The notes under the pieces were generated by a model. That model saw only the letters and a program-made list of their open reading frames with translations. It ran no database searches and was not told the origin of the DNA. Both the position numbers and the translations under genes were made by a program. A stretch of DNA of 29,589 nucleotides. Origin: Prasinococcaceae sp. CCMP 1430. Its lineage: Eukaryota > Plantae > Prasinodermophyta. Positions 9,401 to 19,895 of this stretch are shown here, piece after piece; position 1 is the first letter of the stretch, and every line of letters begins with the position of its first letter. The stretch is from assembly GCA_013416795.1 (NCBI GenBank), contig RQSC01001165.1, positions 1 through 29,589 of the forward strand. Direction: 5' to 3'.

Positions 9401-10714
9401 ATGGTCGCCGTGCTTGCGGATGGGACGAAGTTCGAGAACGCCACCAAAGCTCAGCGGCAGCAGCAGCGGGAGCCACCCCTCGCGCGGCGCGTTCTGAGGC
9501 GCGCGCGTGGCGCAGGGTCGCGCGATGAGTGCGGGGCAGCAGCGGCTCTGCCTGCGCTCGCCGTGTCCTCATCCGTGGCGGCGGAAGAGCACGACTTCGT
9601 GATGGGGGAGCACCTGCTCGCGGGCGCGATCAGCGCGGGTGTCAGCCGGTCGGCCGTCGCCCCGCTCGAGCGCGTCAAGATGGAGATGATGGTGGGCGCG
9701 AGCAACGCAAGTATGAGGAGACGAGGCTTCGTGCGCTCGCTGCGTACGCTCGTGAAGCGGCAGGGCGTCCTCGACCTGTGGGCCGGCAACGCCACAAACC
9801 TGCTGCGAGTGATGCCCTTCCGCGCGGTCAACTTCTGCGCCTTCGACTTCTTGAAGAGGCTCACGATGAAATACGGCGGCGATTGCGACGACGACAGGCA
9901 GGGCGCGCCGTGGCGCTTCGTCGCTGGCGCCGGCGCCGGCGCCGTGGCGACGCTCACGTGCTTTCCGCTGGACACAATACGCACGCGCGTCCTCGCGCAG
10001 AAGGGGGGTGCGGGAGGCGGACCGATGGCCCTTGCCCGCACATTTAGGAGCACGATCGCGACTGAGGGTGTCGGTGCGCTCTATCGCGGGCTGAAGGTAC
10101 GCTTTCGCACACGCTTGGCGCTGGAAGCGAGTGGCCCGTTGGGTGTGGGCGTGCTGCCACGTGCGCGTGTTTGCTCGCGTGCCACTCGCTGACGGCGCGG
10201 CGGCTGCGCTCTGCGCCGCTCTGCGCATTCGCAGCCTGCGATTCTGGCACAGGTGCCCTCGTCCGCCATTTTCTACGGCGTGTACGACCTGCTCAAGTCT
10301 CGCACGCTGTACGAGCGGCAGCGGCGGTACGAGGAGCAGCAGCAGCTCGCAGCGGAGGGCTGCCCGCACGCAGAGGCCGTCGTGAAGGCTCAGACGCTCG
10401 AGGACGCGCTCATGCTGCGACCCCTCGAGTCTCTTCTGTTCGGGGGAGTGGCGGGGATGTGCTCGGAGGCGGTTTGCTTTCCGATGGAGGTGTTGCGAAG
10501 GCGCATGCAGCTCTCGGGCGGGAGGCTGAGCTTGACGGGGCTGGTGTCGACGATAGTCAAAGATGGCGGCCTGCGCGCGCTGTACACAGGCTTCGTGCCC
10601 AGCGTGCTGCAGGTCATCCCCAACGCCGCCCTGGGCTACTTCACGTACGAACGCGCGCTGTGGCTCATCCGCCACCACGGCGGTGGGGAGGGCGGCGCCC
10701 CGGCGCCGGCGTGA
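9401..10714 (+). CDS. Mitochondrial carrier family protein, BT1/BTL3-like adenine nucleotide transporter; exons 9401..10096 and 10235..10714
   Basis: Three carrier signatures: APLERVKME, FPLDTIRTR and FPMEVLRRR. Also LWAGNATNLLRVMPFRAVNF and PSSAIFYGVYDLLK, as in plant BTL3. Intron 10097..10234 (gtacgc...gctgac...cgcag) restores LYRGLK-PAILAQVP. Confidence 0.9.
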
Positions 10715-10788
10715 GAAAGGGGGGGGGGAGGGGGGGGGGAGGGCGATGATAATAATGCGAGGCGGGCGGCTCGCCGCGCCACGCACAG

Positions 10789-10793
10789 TGTAA
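10789..10793 (+). terminator. Putative UGUAA polyadenylation signal of the carrier gene
   Basis: TGTAA about 75 nt after the stop at 10714. UGUAA is the established near-upstream poly(A) element in many chlorophytes. Confidence 0.55.
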
Positions 10794-10835
10794 TGCCGAC
10801 GCATCCAATCTCGGGTGGTGTGATTTTGATTTTTA

Positions 10836-10843
10836 AAACCCTA
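10836..10843 (+). promoter_or_regulatory. Telo-box (AAACCCTA) upstream of the BRCT gene
   Basis: Exact plant telo-box octamer in an AT-rich intergenic island. Function is inferred only. Confidence 0.3.
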
Positions 10844-11440
10844 CCCTTAAGCTGCGTGTACCGTAACACGTGTTGGCGGACGTTGATTGCCTCCTGGGAG
10901 CGCCCTTCGCCCGAGCGCGAGCGCGAGCGGCGGTGCGGAATCCTCCGCGACAGTGCAGCATATCATCGAACCTAATATTGCTATCATCTCTGGAGCGTTT
11001 CGGCTGAGTGAATACTGCAATGCAGTGAGATGGAGCGTGTGGATTCCTTTTTTCAGCCCGCGGCGCGCGCTCGTGTCGCTCGGCGCCACACGGCGCGTCG
11101 TGGGGCGCGTGGGGGGGAGGCGGAGGACAGCCCCGGCAAGAGGGGGGGCAAGGGCAAGGCGAAGGCCGCACCGGAAGGGAGGGGTGTCGTGTGTGTGTGG
11201 TGGTGGTGGGGGAGGAGCTGGAGAGGAAGGGGTTTGGGAGGGAGAGAGGGGCGGCCACCCGCCCCGCCGCGAGCTCACGGGTTGCCACGCGGGTGGGGGG
11301 TCTCGCGCCACGGGCGCGCGTTTGAAAAAAGTGGCGCGCGCGAAACGAGCTGTGCGGGCCGGACGGGCGACAGCGGGGTGGGTGCGGGCGGCGGGAGGAG
11401 GGGGCGAGGGGCTCCCGCGGCTGCCCGTGACGCGAGAGAG

Positions 11441-14359
11441 ATGGCAACGAAGATGATGCTCGAGGGAGAGCGCTTCCACTTGCCGCCCGGCGCCGCCGAG
11501 ACGAAGCAGAACGAGTGGCGGAAGGTGCTTGAGAGGCACGGCGCGGCGGTGGTTGTCGACTCTGCGACGGGCGCCGCGAGCGATGACGGCGATCGCGCAG
11601 GCGACGGCGAGCGCGATGCCAATGGCGACGACGCGGCGGCGGCACAGCGAGCGGCAAAGCAGGACCGGCCCTTCGTCCATGTTTGTGAGGACTTCACCAG
11701 CAGCCAATTCCAGCGGCTTTTTAGGCAGCGCAAGCGCATCGTGCACCCGCAGTGGCTGATCGAGCTGCAGAAGGGCATGGCGCGCAAGCCGCCGGGGCTC
11801 TCCGGGGCGGCGATGCGCTCGACATGCTTCGAGGGGATGGTGTTCGCGTTCAGCGGCTTGAGCAAGGAAAAGCTGAAGGAGTGCAGGATGAAGGTGGAGC
11901 AGCTGAGCGGGGAGTGCGTCGACAAGCTCTCGGAGTACATCGGGCAGCACCAGGGCAACTCTGGCGGTGTGCACCTCGTTGCGGCCACGGCGATGAGCAA
12001 CGCGTACGGCCTCGCCCGTCGCTTGCAGGTGCCGATTGTGACGCCCCAATTCGTGGACGAGTGTTGGAAGCGATGCAGGGTGATGCCGTGCGGTGACTTC
12101 AAGACTGCCTGCTTCGCGGGGACGGTGGTGTGCATCACGGGCTTCACGGACATCTCCACACGGAAGAGGTTCGAGCAGGTGGTCGGCGCGCAAGGCGGCA
12201 GGTACCAGGGTGAGCTCAACACCAACGTGACACACCTGGTAGCCAAACGCAAGGAAGGACCGAAGTACGAGTATGCCAAGGAGCAGAAGATCCGCATCGT
12301 GTCGGAGCAATGGTTCGCCGAGTGCGTCAGGCAGGGTGTGTTGCTGGACCCGAACAGATACCCCGTGCCAGAGGGCGCAGCGCGCGCGCATCGATACGGT
12401 CGCCGCCCCTCGACGGTCGCAAACACCGTCGTCACGGGAGGGGCCACCGCGAATCAGACAACCTCGTGCGGAATGCCGTCGAGATCCGCGGGCACGCACG
12501 GGGCGCTGACCGGCGCTGAAGATGGCGGCGAGGTGAGGCAGGATCGCACGGTGCAGATGGACACTGACGATGGCGGGGGCGCAGGCGGCGAGGTGAATGC
12601 GCACAGTACTGGCGTGGGTGCCGACGATGAAGGGGACGATGGTGGGAGCAGCAGCGACGGAGAAGTGCCCACACACTTCGAGTCGGTCCGCGCGAGCATC
12701 TTGGGTTTCGGCGCAGACGAGACCTTGCAGCTGCGTCAGCTCATTGTTGGCGGCGGCGGCACCTACCTCAGCGAGATGGCGCTCGGATTCACAACGCACG
12801 TCGTCGTCGGTCCTAGTCTGTCACACGGCGAGCGCGTAGACGTCGCGGCGAGCGCAGCGTCGGAGGCTGCCCTCGCGACGACCGCGGCATGGGTGAGAGC
12901 TAGCTCCAGGGCAGAATGTGCACTTGACCTCGATGATGACGACTTCAAGGCATCGCTACCCGGCGCCCCTCCGGCCCACGACGCGGCGGCGGCTGCCCCT
13001 CGCGGCCGCCGTCAGGGCACAGCCGGTGGGGGGCGCCGCACAGCGTCAAATCGTAGGGGCAACAGTGGCACGCTTTCGGCTCAGGAGAGTGGAGCGAAAG
13101 CATTCGGGGCTAACTGGACTATTGTCGTGTCGCGCTACGAGGACTCAGACCGCGAGGACGTCGCGGACATGGCACATCGAATCGGCGCCAGCAGCGATGA
13201 GGACCTTAAGCGGTCCAAGGCGACCCACTTGGTGGTTCCTTACATGGATCTTGAGAACAGAAAGGTGAAGCGTGCCCTGGATTGGAATCTCACCATTGTC
13301 ACCATAGATTGGCTGCGAGCGTGCCTCAAGGCTCGCAAGGAGCTACCCACGGACGGCTTTGTGCCGCCTGAGCCCCCAATCGTGCGTGCACCTGCTGCGG
13401 CACCCGCCCCCGCTGCTGCCCCCGCTGCTGTGCCGCGGCTACCGCCGCAACCTACCAGCCGGCCAGGGCGTTCGCCTGCTCTGCGCTCAACGCTGGTGGG
13501 TGTCGGTGCGACGGGCGTTGGCGCTGCTGCGCCCATCGCGCACGGTATGCGGCAGGGCTCACAGCGATCGCTCGCACACGGCAGTGGAAGTGCGCCCAGC
13601 AGCGTCCCTGGCTTCGAAAAGCACGATCCATGGTCTGCATATGACTCCCAAATGGCGGGTGAAAACCCCCCGCAACGGCAGCAACTGCCGCCGCCTGCGG
13701 GCGACGTTGCGGCGCGCCCCGCGTCAGTCATCGTTGGGAGCGCCCTCGCTGGATCTGCCGCGGTGGGGAAGCGCGTGCCTCCCCCCGCGGCGGCTGCGAA
13801 AGCTCATGCAAGCCCATCCGCCCACGGTGGGCAAGCGCGGCGAACGTCAGGAGGGCGCACTTCGGATGACCTCGCAAACGCTCTCAATGGCCTTGCTGGC
13901 CTTTTCGCGGGGCCCAAATCGGGCGGCAGGGCCGACGGTGAGGTTCCAAGCAGGGACGTCCTGAACGCGCCGACAGAGCTTGCCCTTCCTCTGAGCCAGT
14001 TTCCCGCCGGCGGAGACGTGGACCCGAGCCCAGGTCGCGACGCTGAGGCGGACGTCCGGGGCAGACGAGGGCAACGCAAGCGCTCACGGCAGGGCGAGGA
14101 AGGTGCTGGTGGTGACAGTGGTAAGGCCGAGGCCGCCGGCCGTGTTACCCGCCGGCGCAGCAATCGCCGCAGGCAGTCGTCGCCTCCTGCCTTCGCCTCG
14201 ACGCAGGCCGATACGCAGGTGATAGGCTACGAGAACGTCGAGAATGCTGCGACGACGCCCGGCGGCGACGCAGATGCCAATGTGCCGCGAAAGAGCACAA
14301 AGAAGATTCTAGCCAAGATGCGAGGCATGGCCGAGCGCCGCAACCGCCAGCCGTCGTAG
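11441..14359 (+). CDS. Multi-BRCT scaffold protein, TopBP1/Rad4-Cut5/MEI1-like, about 972 aa, apparently single exon
   Basis: About five BRCT-like units, e.g. FEGMVFAFSGL...VPIVTPQFVDECW, FAGTVVCITGF...VTHLVAK...IVSEQWFAECV and ATHLVVP...IVTIDWLRACL, then a low-complexity C-terminus with TQVIGY. Start taken at ATG 11441; the upstream in-frame extension from 11030 looks like UTR or intron. Confidence 0.85.
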   Translation: MATKMMLEGERFHLPPGAAETKQNEWRKVLERHGAAVVVDSATGAASDDGDRAGDGERDANGDDAAAAQRAAKQDRPFVHVCEDFTSSQFQRLFRQRKRIVHPQWLIELQKGMARKPPGLSGAAMRSTCFEGMVFAFSGLSKEKLKECRMKVEQLSGECVDKLSEYIGQHQGNSGGVHLVAATAMSNAYGLARRLQVPIVTPQFVDECWKRCRVMPCGDFKTACFAGTVVCITGFTDISTRKRFEQVVGAQGGRYQGELNTNVTHLVAKRKEGPKYEYAKEQKIRIVSEQWFAECVRQGVLLDPNRYPVPEGAARAHRYGRRPSTVANTVVTGGATANQTTSCGMPSRSAGTHGALTGAEDGGEVRQDRTVQMDTDDGGGAGGEVNAHSTGVGADDEGDDGGSSSDGEVPTHFESVRASILGFGADETLQLRQLIVGGGGTYLSEMALGFTTHVVVGPSLSHGERVDVAASAASEAALATTAAWVRASSRAECALDLDDDDFKASLPGAPPAHDAAAAAPRGRRQGTAGGGRRTASNRRGNSGTLSAQESGAKAFGANWTIVVSRYEDSDREDVADMAHRIGASSDEDLKRSKATHLVVPYMDLENRKVKRALDWNLTIVTIDWLRACLKARKELPTDGFVPPEPPIVRAPAAAPAPAAAPAAVPRLPPQPTSRPGRSPALRSTLVGVGATGVGAAAPIAHGMRQGSQRSLAHGSGSAPSSVPGFEKHDPWSAYDSQMAGENPPQRQQLPPPAGDVAARPASVIVGSALAGSAAVGKRVPPPAAAAKAHASPSAHGGQARRTSGGRTSDDLANALNGLAGLFAGPKSGGRADGEVPSRDVLNAPTELALPLSQFPAGGDVDPSPGRDAEADVRGRRGQRKRSRQGEEGAGGDSGKAEAAGRVTRRRSNRRRQSSPPAFASTQADTQVIGYENVENAATTPGGDADANVPRKSTKKILAKMRGMAERRNRQPS

Positions 14360-14402
14360 GGCTCAGCGCGCGGGTGCCCGGCACTCCGCGCGTATCCTTG
14401 TG

Positions 14403-14407
14403 TGTAA
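14403..14407 (+). terminator. Putative UGUAA poly(A) signal of the BRCT gene
   Basis: TGTAA 44 nt after the stop at 14359. Confidence 0.55.
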
Positions 14408-14518
14408 TGACATGCATTAATGACTTTGGCCCCTGGAGCTGTTGTGGAATTTCAAGCGAGCGCGATGGCTCAGAGCGTGCGCGCGTGCGTGCGGCATGTC
14501 TTAGAGGCGTGGGCTACA

Positions 14519-14523
14519 TTACA
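14519..14523 (-). terminator. Putative UGUAA poly(A) signal of the 452-aa gene
   Basis: TTACA on the plus strand, about 88 nt beyond the stop at 14611. Confidence 0.5.
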
Positions 14524-14610
14524 TGGCTTGATGGTTTGATGTCAGGGGCCGGGGCGGCTTGTGAGCGCAAGGGCTGCACCCTGGCCAGTCCGCGCGTCGT
14601 TCCCGAAGGC

Positions 14611-15969
14611 CTAAATCTCCTCGCGAGCCTCGTTCAGCGCGAGCACACCCGCGCGCTCGTACACGTCATTGAGCACGTCGCCCAGGTACTCAATGAAGGG
14701 AACGGGCTCCTCACCGTCGGCGCTGGGCTTGTCGGCGCCGTTTGTGATGTATAGGTGATACGCAATGGCGAGCAGCAGCTTCTCGAATTCGTCGTAGCTT
14801 AAAACCATGGGGTGCCTGCGCAATGGGAAGTGCACGACGTCCGGCTGCGAGTTGACGGCGAAGAGCGTGAGCACCGCAAGCGAGGTGTCATCCACCTTGT
14901 GAGGCACGTACCCCCAGCGCTCCATGTGCTGCGCGAGGTAGCTGACTGCCAGGCGGGGCTCCTCGCGTTGCACGCGGCGCAGCAGGCAGTTATCGAGCGC
15001 CTGCTCTGTGAGGCGACGCCCCTTGGCAAGCAGCTCGGCCGTCTCAGGAGAGAGCGACGCTTCGAGCGCGGCGATGCGCTCCGAGAGCGCTGGGGCGAGG
15101 TTGGGCACAATGTAGTCGGTCATGAGATGCGTGAGCTTGGCGCTCATCTTTGCGAAGCCCTGCACCTCGCCAGCGCTGGCCTCAGTGCCGGCTTGGCTCA
15201 CGCGGAAAACGCCCGCCGCTACGCGAACGGTGCCCACCAGGAAGTCAGGTAGGCGCATCTGTAGTTCCTCCGGCTGGCCCGCGCGGCGCGCGTACACGGT
15301 GCGCGCCAGGTTGTAGCAGTCGTCGAGTCGCTGCACGGGGAAATGCTCTGACGTCACGCGTGCGTCCAGGAAGAGCGAGCGGAAGTGCGTAATGCGCATA
15401 CGGTCGGTGATCTCCACTGCGCCCGGATCCGCCTCGCGCTCGTAATACATGAAGAGCGCCTGCAGCGCGCCAGCGTAGCGCTTGAGCACCTCCTTGGTCT
15501 CTTTGAGGTCCTTATCTACGCTGTTGGGGATCTCGTCCTCCATTAGCTCATCGATACCATGCGCTCTGAGGTCGATGTCCTCCACCCAGTCTGCCTGCGA
15601 GTCAAGGGCAGCCTCCCCTTCGACCCACTCAAAAGGCGGCGTGCGTGGGCGCCCCTCCCAGCGCTCGGTCAGCGCCTCAGGGCCGCTCGAGTACGTCACC
15701 TTCACCTCCTCCCCATCGCCCACCACCTCGTTTAGCACCAGGTCCGGGTCGGCCACGCTGCCGTCCTTGAGCACAATGGACTGCGGCACGATGGCCGCAG
15801 GGACGTCGCCCATTCGCCATGCGAAGCGCGAGCATGCCGCGTAGGCGACCCATCGGAGGATCTGCTCGCCTGCTCCGCACTCCAAGTCAACGCTCGCCTC
15901 GTGTTCTCGCTTAGCTGTGTCCTTGTCGAACGCGTTGTCCACGTGCAGCACGTTTACTCGGATCTTCAT
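14611..15969 (-). CDS. Uncharacterised 452-aa protein
   Basis: Long ATG-initiated ORF with normal globular composition and strong GC3 bias. The N-terminus (CGAGEQILRWVAYAACSRF) resembles Par3/HAL N-terminal ubiquitin-like segments and the C-terminal half has EF-hand-like helical repeats (LSYDEFEKLLLAIA). The domain calls are weak. Confidence 0.8.
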   Translation of the reverse strand: MKIRVNVLHVDNAFDKDTAKREHEASVDLECGAGEQILRWVAYAACSRFAWRMGDVPAAIVPQSIVLKDGSVADPDLVLNEVVGDGEEVKVTYSSGPEALTERWEGRPRTPPFEWVEGEAALDSQADWVEDIDLRAHGIDELMEDEIPNSVDKDLKETKEVLKRYAGALQALFMYYEREADPGAVEITDRMRITHFRSLFLDARVTSEHFPVQRLDDCYNLARTVYARRAGQPEELQMRLPDFLVGTVRVAAGVFRVSQAGTEASAGEVQGFAKMSAKLTHLMTDYIVPNLAPALSERIAALEASLSPETAELLAKGRRLTEQALDNCLLRRVQREEPRLAVSYLAQHMERWGYVPHKVDDTSLAVLTLFAVNSQPDVVHFPLRRHPMVLSYDEFEKLLLAIAYHLYITNGADKPSADGEEPVPFIEYLGDVLNDVYERAGVLALNEAREEI

Positions 15970-16739
15970 CGCTGCTTCGGGCCTCGAGCGCTACTCACGA
16001 CGCACGGCCGCAGTCTCTCAGGCGGCCCCAGCGCTTGCGTTCGTGCTGGCGGCGCCTCGCACGGCGGGCGGCGACGCGTGCCCGCGCCGCTCCTTGCGCG
16101 GCGGGCGTGGTGTGCGCGCGCGAGCGCGCAGGGGTAGGCGCGGGGAAGTGGAGGGCGCGGAGCAGCACGCTGCCCCACAAGCCCCGCGGCACCGTGTGGC
16201 GTGCGCTCCGAGCACCCGCCCCGCCCTGCCCCTCCCCCCCCCCTCACCACAGGGGGAACGCCAGGCGTCTCAGTTTCAGTTTCAGCCTGGTCGACCAACT
16301 ACCTGCGCGCCTGCGCCCGCGCCTGCGCCCACTGTCGTCCGCTCGTAGCGACCACGGAATTTTGCCCGACTCTTTTTTTCCCGCGTTTTCTGGCGGCGCT
16401 CGCACGCAGCGGGTGGGGGGTGGGGGGGCGGGTGGGGTGGGGAGAGAGGAGCGGAGGGTGGCAGGCGCGCGGCGGGCGCGGCGTGTGTGCGCGCACCCGC
16501 GTCGCTCGCACGCTATCCTCTCACACGGATGCATTTTGATGGCTCCCGAAACCCTCGCTATCCACTTGACCCACATCAGTCCTGCAGGGCCAGAGCAGCG
16601 GGAGCAGACAGAGCAGCCCGCCACCCGGCCGAAGGGCGTTGGGTGGCGCGCCACACCGGCCAGCGCCCGCAGCGACGAGCGGGTCGCGCGCGTGCGCGTC
16701 GCTCCCTGACTGCGGGGGCCGCGCCAGGCGGCGACGAGG

Positions 16740-17982
16740 ATGCAGCGGAGCCTGAGGACTTCCGCCGCAGGCGACGCGGTGGCGACGCTCGCGGCGCGGC
16801 GGCGAACGGCTCCCGCACGAGCGCGCGGGCATGGGAGCGCGCGCACAGAGACTGGCGCGGCGCCTGCCCGACGCAGCGGAGGTAGCGGGAGACGCCTTCG
16901 CCGCGTTTGCATGGCCATGGCCAATGCGACCGCGGGCGAGGGGTGCGAGCTGCCGCGCACGTGGTCAGGGATGGACGACGTGGTGGTGTCCGGCGGGTAC
17001 AGAGCTCTGCTGCTCGACCAATTCGGGGTGCTACACGACGGAAAGGTGAGCCCCACCGCGCACCCGCGCGAGGCTCATGGAGCAGCGCCTGCGCGCTGCT
17101 CGCGCGCTGAATAGGGGCCTCTCAAAAGGGAGAGCTGACACGGGCGCCAAGGTGCCGTATCCGGGCGCCATCGAGTGCCTGCGGTCGCTGCGCTCCCGCC
17201 ACGGCGTCAAGACGGTGCTCATATCGAACTCATCGCGCCGCGCGGCGCTCACGGCGCGCTCGCTGGCGGCGATGGGGTTTGACGAGGATCTCTTCGACGC
17301 GGTCGTAACGAGTGGGGAGCTCGTCCACCAGGGGCTGGAGCAGCGCACTGCCGCTCCATGGGACAGCCTCGGGCGGAGGGTCTTCCACGTCACGTGGAGC
17401 GCGCGAGGCACAATCAGCCTCGATGGCCTGGGCCTGACGGTCGTGGACAGCATCGGCGACGCCGACTTCGTGCTGCTGCACGGCGTGGAAGGGGTCGCGG
17501 AGTCCAAGGGCGGGGTGCGGGAGGTGCCCTACGTTGAGCTCGAGGCAATGCTCAGAGATGCGGCGAAGAGCCGCCCTGACGTGCCGCTGGTTTGCGCCAA
17601 TCCCGACTTTGAAACCGTCGCCGGCGGGCGAGCCGTGAAGGCCATGCCCGGCGCGCTCGCCAAGGCGTACAAGGACGCAGGCGGTACGCGCGTCGTGCTC
17701 GTCGGCAAACCGGAGCCTCTGATATACTCGCGCTGCGTGGAGACTGCCGCCGCGCTCGGCGTGGCCGACGCGAAGGAGATTGCTGCTGTGGGGGACTCCT
17801 TGCACCACGACATTGGCGGCGCAGCGGGTGCCGGCATAGACTCGGTGCTGGTCGCGTGCGGGATCCACGCCGACAAGTTGCGGCGCGAAAGCGAGCCGCC
17901 CGAAAGCGCGCGCGTGGCCGAGCTCGCTCGCGCGTTCGGCGTGGCGAATCCGACGCACGCGCTCGATGCCTTCGTGCTGTGA
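16740..17982 (+). CDS. HAD-superfamily subfamily IIA hydrolase (TIGR01459-like) with probable organellar transit peptide; exons 16740..17045 and 17152..17982
   Basis: LLLDQFGVLHDGK|VPYPGA across intron 17046..17151 (gtgagc...gctgac...ccaag), then LISNSSRR, CANPD, GKPEP and AVGDSLHHDIGGA. The start codon choice is tentative. Confidence 0.9.
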
Positions 17983-18070
17983 GCGCCACGCCACACTGGC
18001 GCCGTAACAAGCACAAGTCGCAGGCCGCTCGCCATTGCGGGGCCGTGCACAGTGAGTGCCACACACGCAT

Positions 18071-18075
18071 TTACA
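18071..18075 (-). terminator. Putative UGUAA poly(A) signal of PsaK
   Basis: TTACA on the plus strand, about 57 nt beyond the stop at 18132. Confidence 0.55.
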
Positions 18076-18131
18076 GAGGGGATGGCGTGCGCAGCGGCGT
18101 GTACAAGCGTGCTGCCGCGAGCGCGACTGGC

Positions 18132-18922
18132 TTAGATCTGGCCGATGGCGGCCAGGCCAGCGCAGGTGCCCGCGCCCAGCACGTGGCCGAGCGAAGCGAG
18201 CGCGATGACGTCCACGATGGTGAAGCCGGCGGGGTCGACTGTGTGACGCGCGTGCGCGCGTGCGCGTCAGCGTCAGCGTCAGCGCGCGCGTTTGGGGATG
18301 CGTGCTCATCAGGAAGAGGCGCGCACTTGCGTGATAGCGCACTATGCGCACCCGCACGCCATTCGAGACCGACGCGACGCGCTGCGGCGGCGCGGCGCGG
18401 CCCGCATACGCACCGCCGAAGCCGATCGACTCGCCACCCTGGTCGGTGTACGCGAGCGAGCCCTCGCCCGCGATCGGGCCCGAGGTGCGGCGCTCAGTGG
18501 GGGCGAGGCCGTAGCGGCCCGCGAACATCGGCCACGCGATGCTGTTGCACATGATAATGTTCACGGCCGAGCCGATGTACTCGCCCTTGCCCCAGCACTG
18601 CGAGGGCGGCGCAGGTAGCGTCGCGGAGCGCACGCGGCGCGGTGCGCGTGGTCCGTGTGCGCATGAGTCAGCGACCGACACGCGGCGCGGCGCAACGGCG
18701 AGGTGAGGGGCGTGCCTTGGGCCGCGACCGGTGGCGCACTCGTCGCTCCGCTCTCACGCACTCGGCGCTCCCGCGCGTGCAGGCGAGCGGCTTCGCGGCT
18801 GCGCGGCCTGCGCACCGCGCTCGCTACCCCGGCAGGGAGTGCGCGTTGCCGATGCCGCGATCGGCTCAAGCCACGGGCTGCGCGCGCGCGGCGCGCGCGG
18901 CNCGACGGCTCGCCGCAAACAT
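18132..18922 (-). CDS. PSAK: Photosystem I subunit K; exons 18922..(donor unresolved), 18597..18414 and 18238..18132 (not given intact in the ORF track)
   Basis: Spliced product ...EYIGSAVNIIMCNSIAWPMFAGRYGLAPT...GFG-VDPAGFTIVDVIALASLGHVLGAGTCAGLAAIGQI*. YIGS-N-IM, GR(F/Y)GLAP and DPAGFT..D...GH are PsaK hallmarks. Intron 18413..18239 is gtgcgt...cacag. Exon 1 (ATG 18922, MFAASR) crosses an N at 18902. Confidence 0.92.
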
Positions 18923-19895
18923 TGCTTGGCAAGGTTGTCGCTGCGGCGGAGGAGCGAGGATGGGCGCAATTGTGATGGCGGGCGAGCATTCTGTCTTGTA
19001 AGATGCGGTGTACAATACTCACTCTAGGGCAAGGCCATCACAACGGCCTTCGCCTCAGCCGCGGCCGCCCCACTCGCCCGGCGCCGCAAAAACTTCGGAG
19101 CGCGTTTTCGCGCGCGGAAACGCCGGCGCCCTCGACATCGCCGCGCACGCGACCGCGCCCGCCCGTCGCCGGATTTCGAACTCCGCGAAATCAGCTCCTT
19201 ATCCGCGTGCGCGAAATCGGCGCCCCGGCGCCCCGCGCGCGCGCCCCGCGCGGATTCGATGTGGAATCCATAATTGTGTCCTTTGGGTGCGGAATCCAAT
19301 CGGGAGTGCGAAGGGATGAATGCATTAGAATTCGGCGCGCGTCGCGGCGCGGAACCCCGGAGGAGCCGCGGGTCCGGCGCCGCCGCGCGCGCGCGATATC
19401 TCTTCCGCTGCCGGCGCGCGCGCGGCGCGCGGCGCGACCCGTTTGATACGCGATACGCGTATACTCGCCCGTGGGTACTTCACTCGCGTGACGACAGCCG
19501 ACATCCCGCGCGACGGCGCGGTTCGCCGGCGGGCGCGCGACGCCCCGATCTGACCCTAACCTTTGAGGGTCTGCGAAAAAGACGTGGAATGTGATGTGTA
19601 CGGTACAGTGCATGGGAGGCGCGTCCGAAGGGCTCGCGCGCAGTCGCGTTCGGATTGATGATGCGACGCCTCGGGGCCGCGGATCGAAACCTCAACTCGA
19701 TCGATCGGTCGAAGTTTTTTTTGCTTTTTTTTGGCTTTTTTTGCGCCCCTGCTGATGGCGTGGAGCTTTCGTCCGCGGCGGCGGAGGATTTTTTCTCGCA
19801 TCGAGATGCCCCTTTTAATTCGACACCGTCGAATAAAATGTAGGCACGTCTTATTATTTTTAAAAAGCGCGGAAGCGAACGCATTTCGGACGGGT

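Noticed and set aside
11338-11345. E2F-like site (GCGCGAAA) about 100 nt upstream of the TopBP1-like ATG
   Set aside because: It is biologically plausible, but the same octamer occurs at many other places here (about 2384, 5098, 7016, 17885, 19107, 19210, 25768), including in CDS, so it is uninformative.
18290-18320. CTGATGA in the PsaK intron (minus strand) as a hammerhead ribozyme core or box C
   Set aside because: There is no stem II or GAAA element (CAAA instead). The downstream CTGA copies are explained as branch-point motifs.
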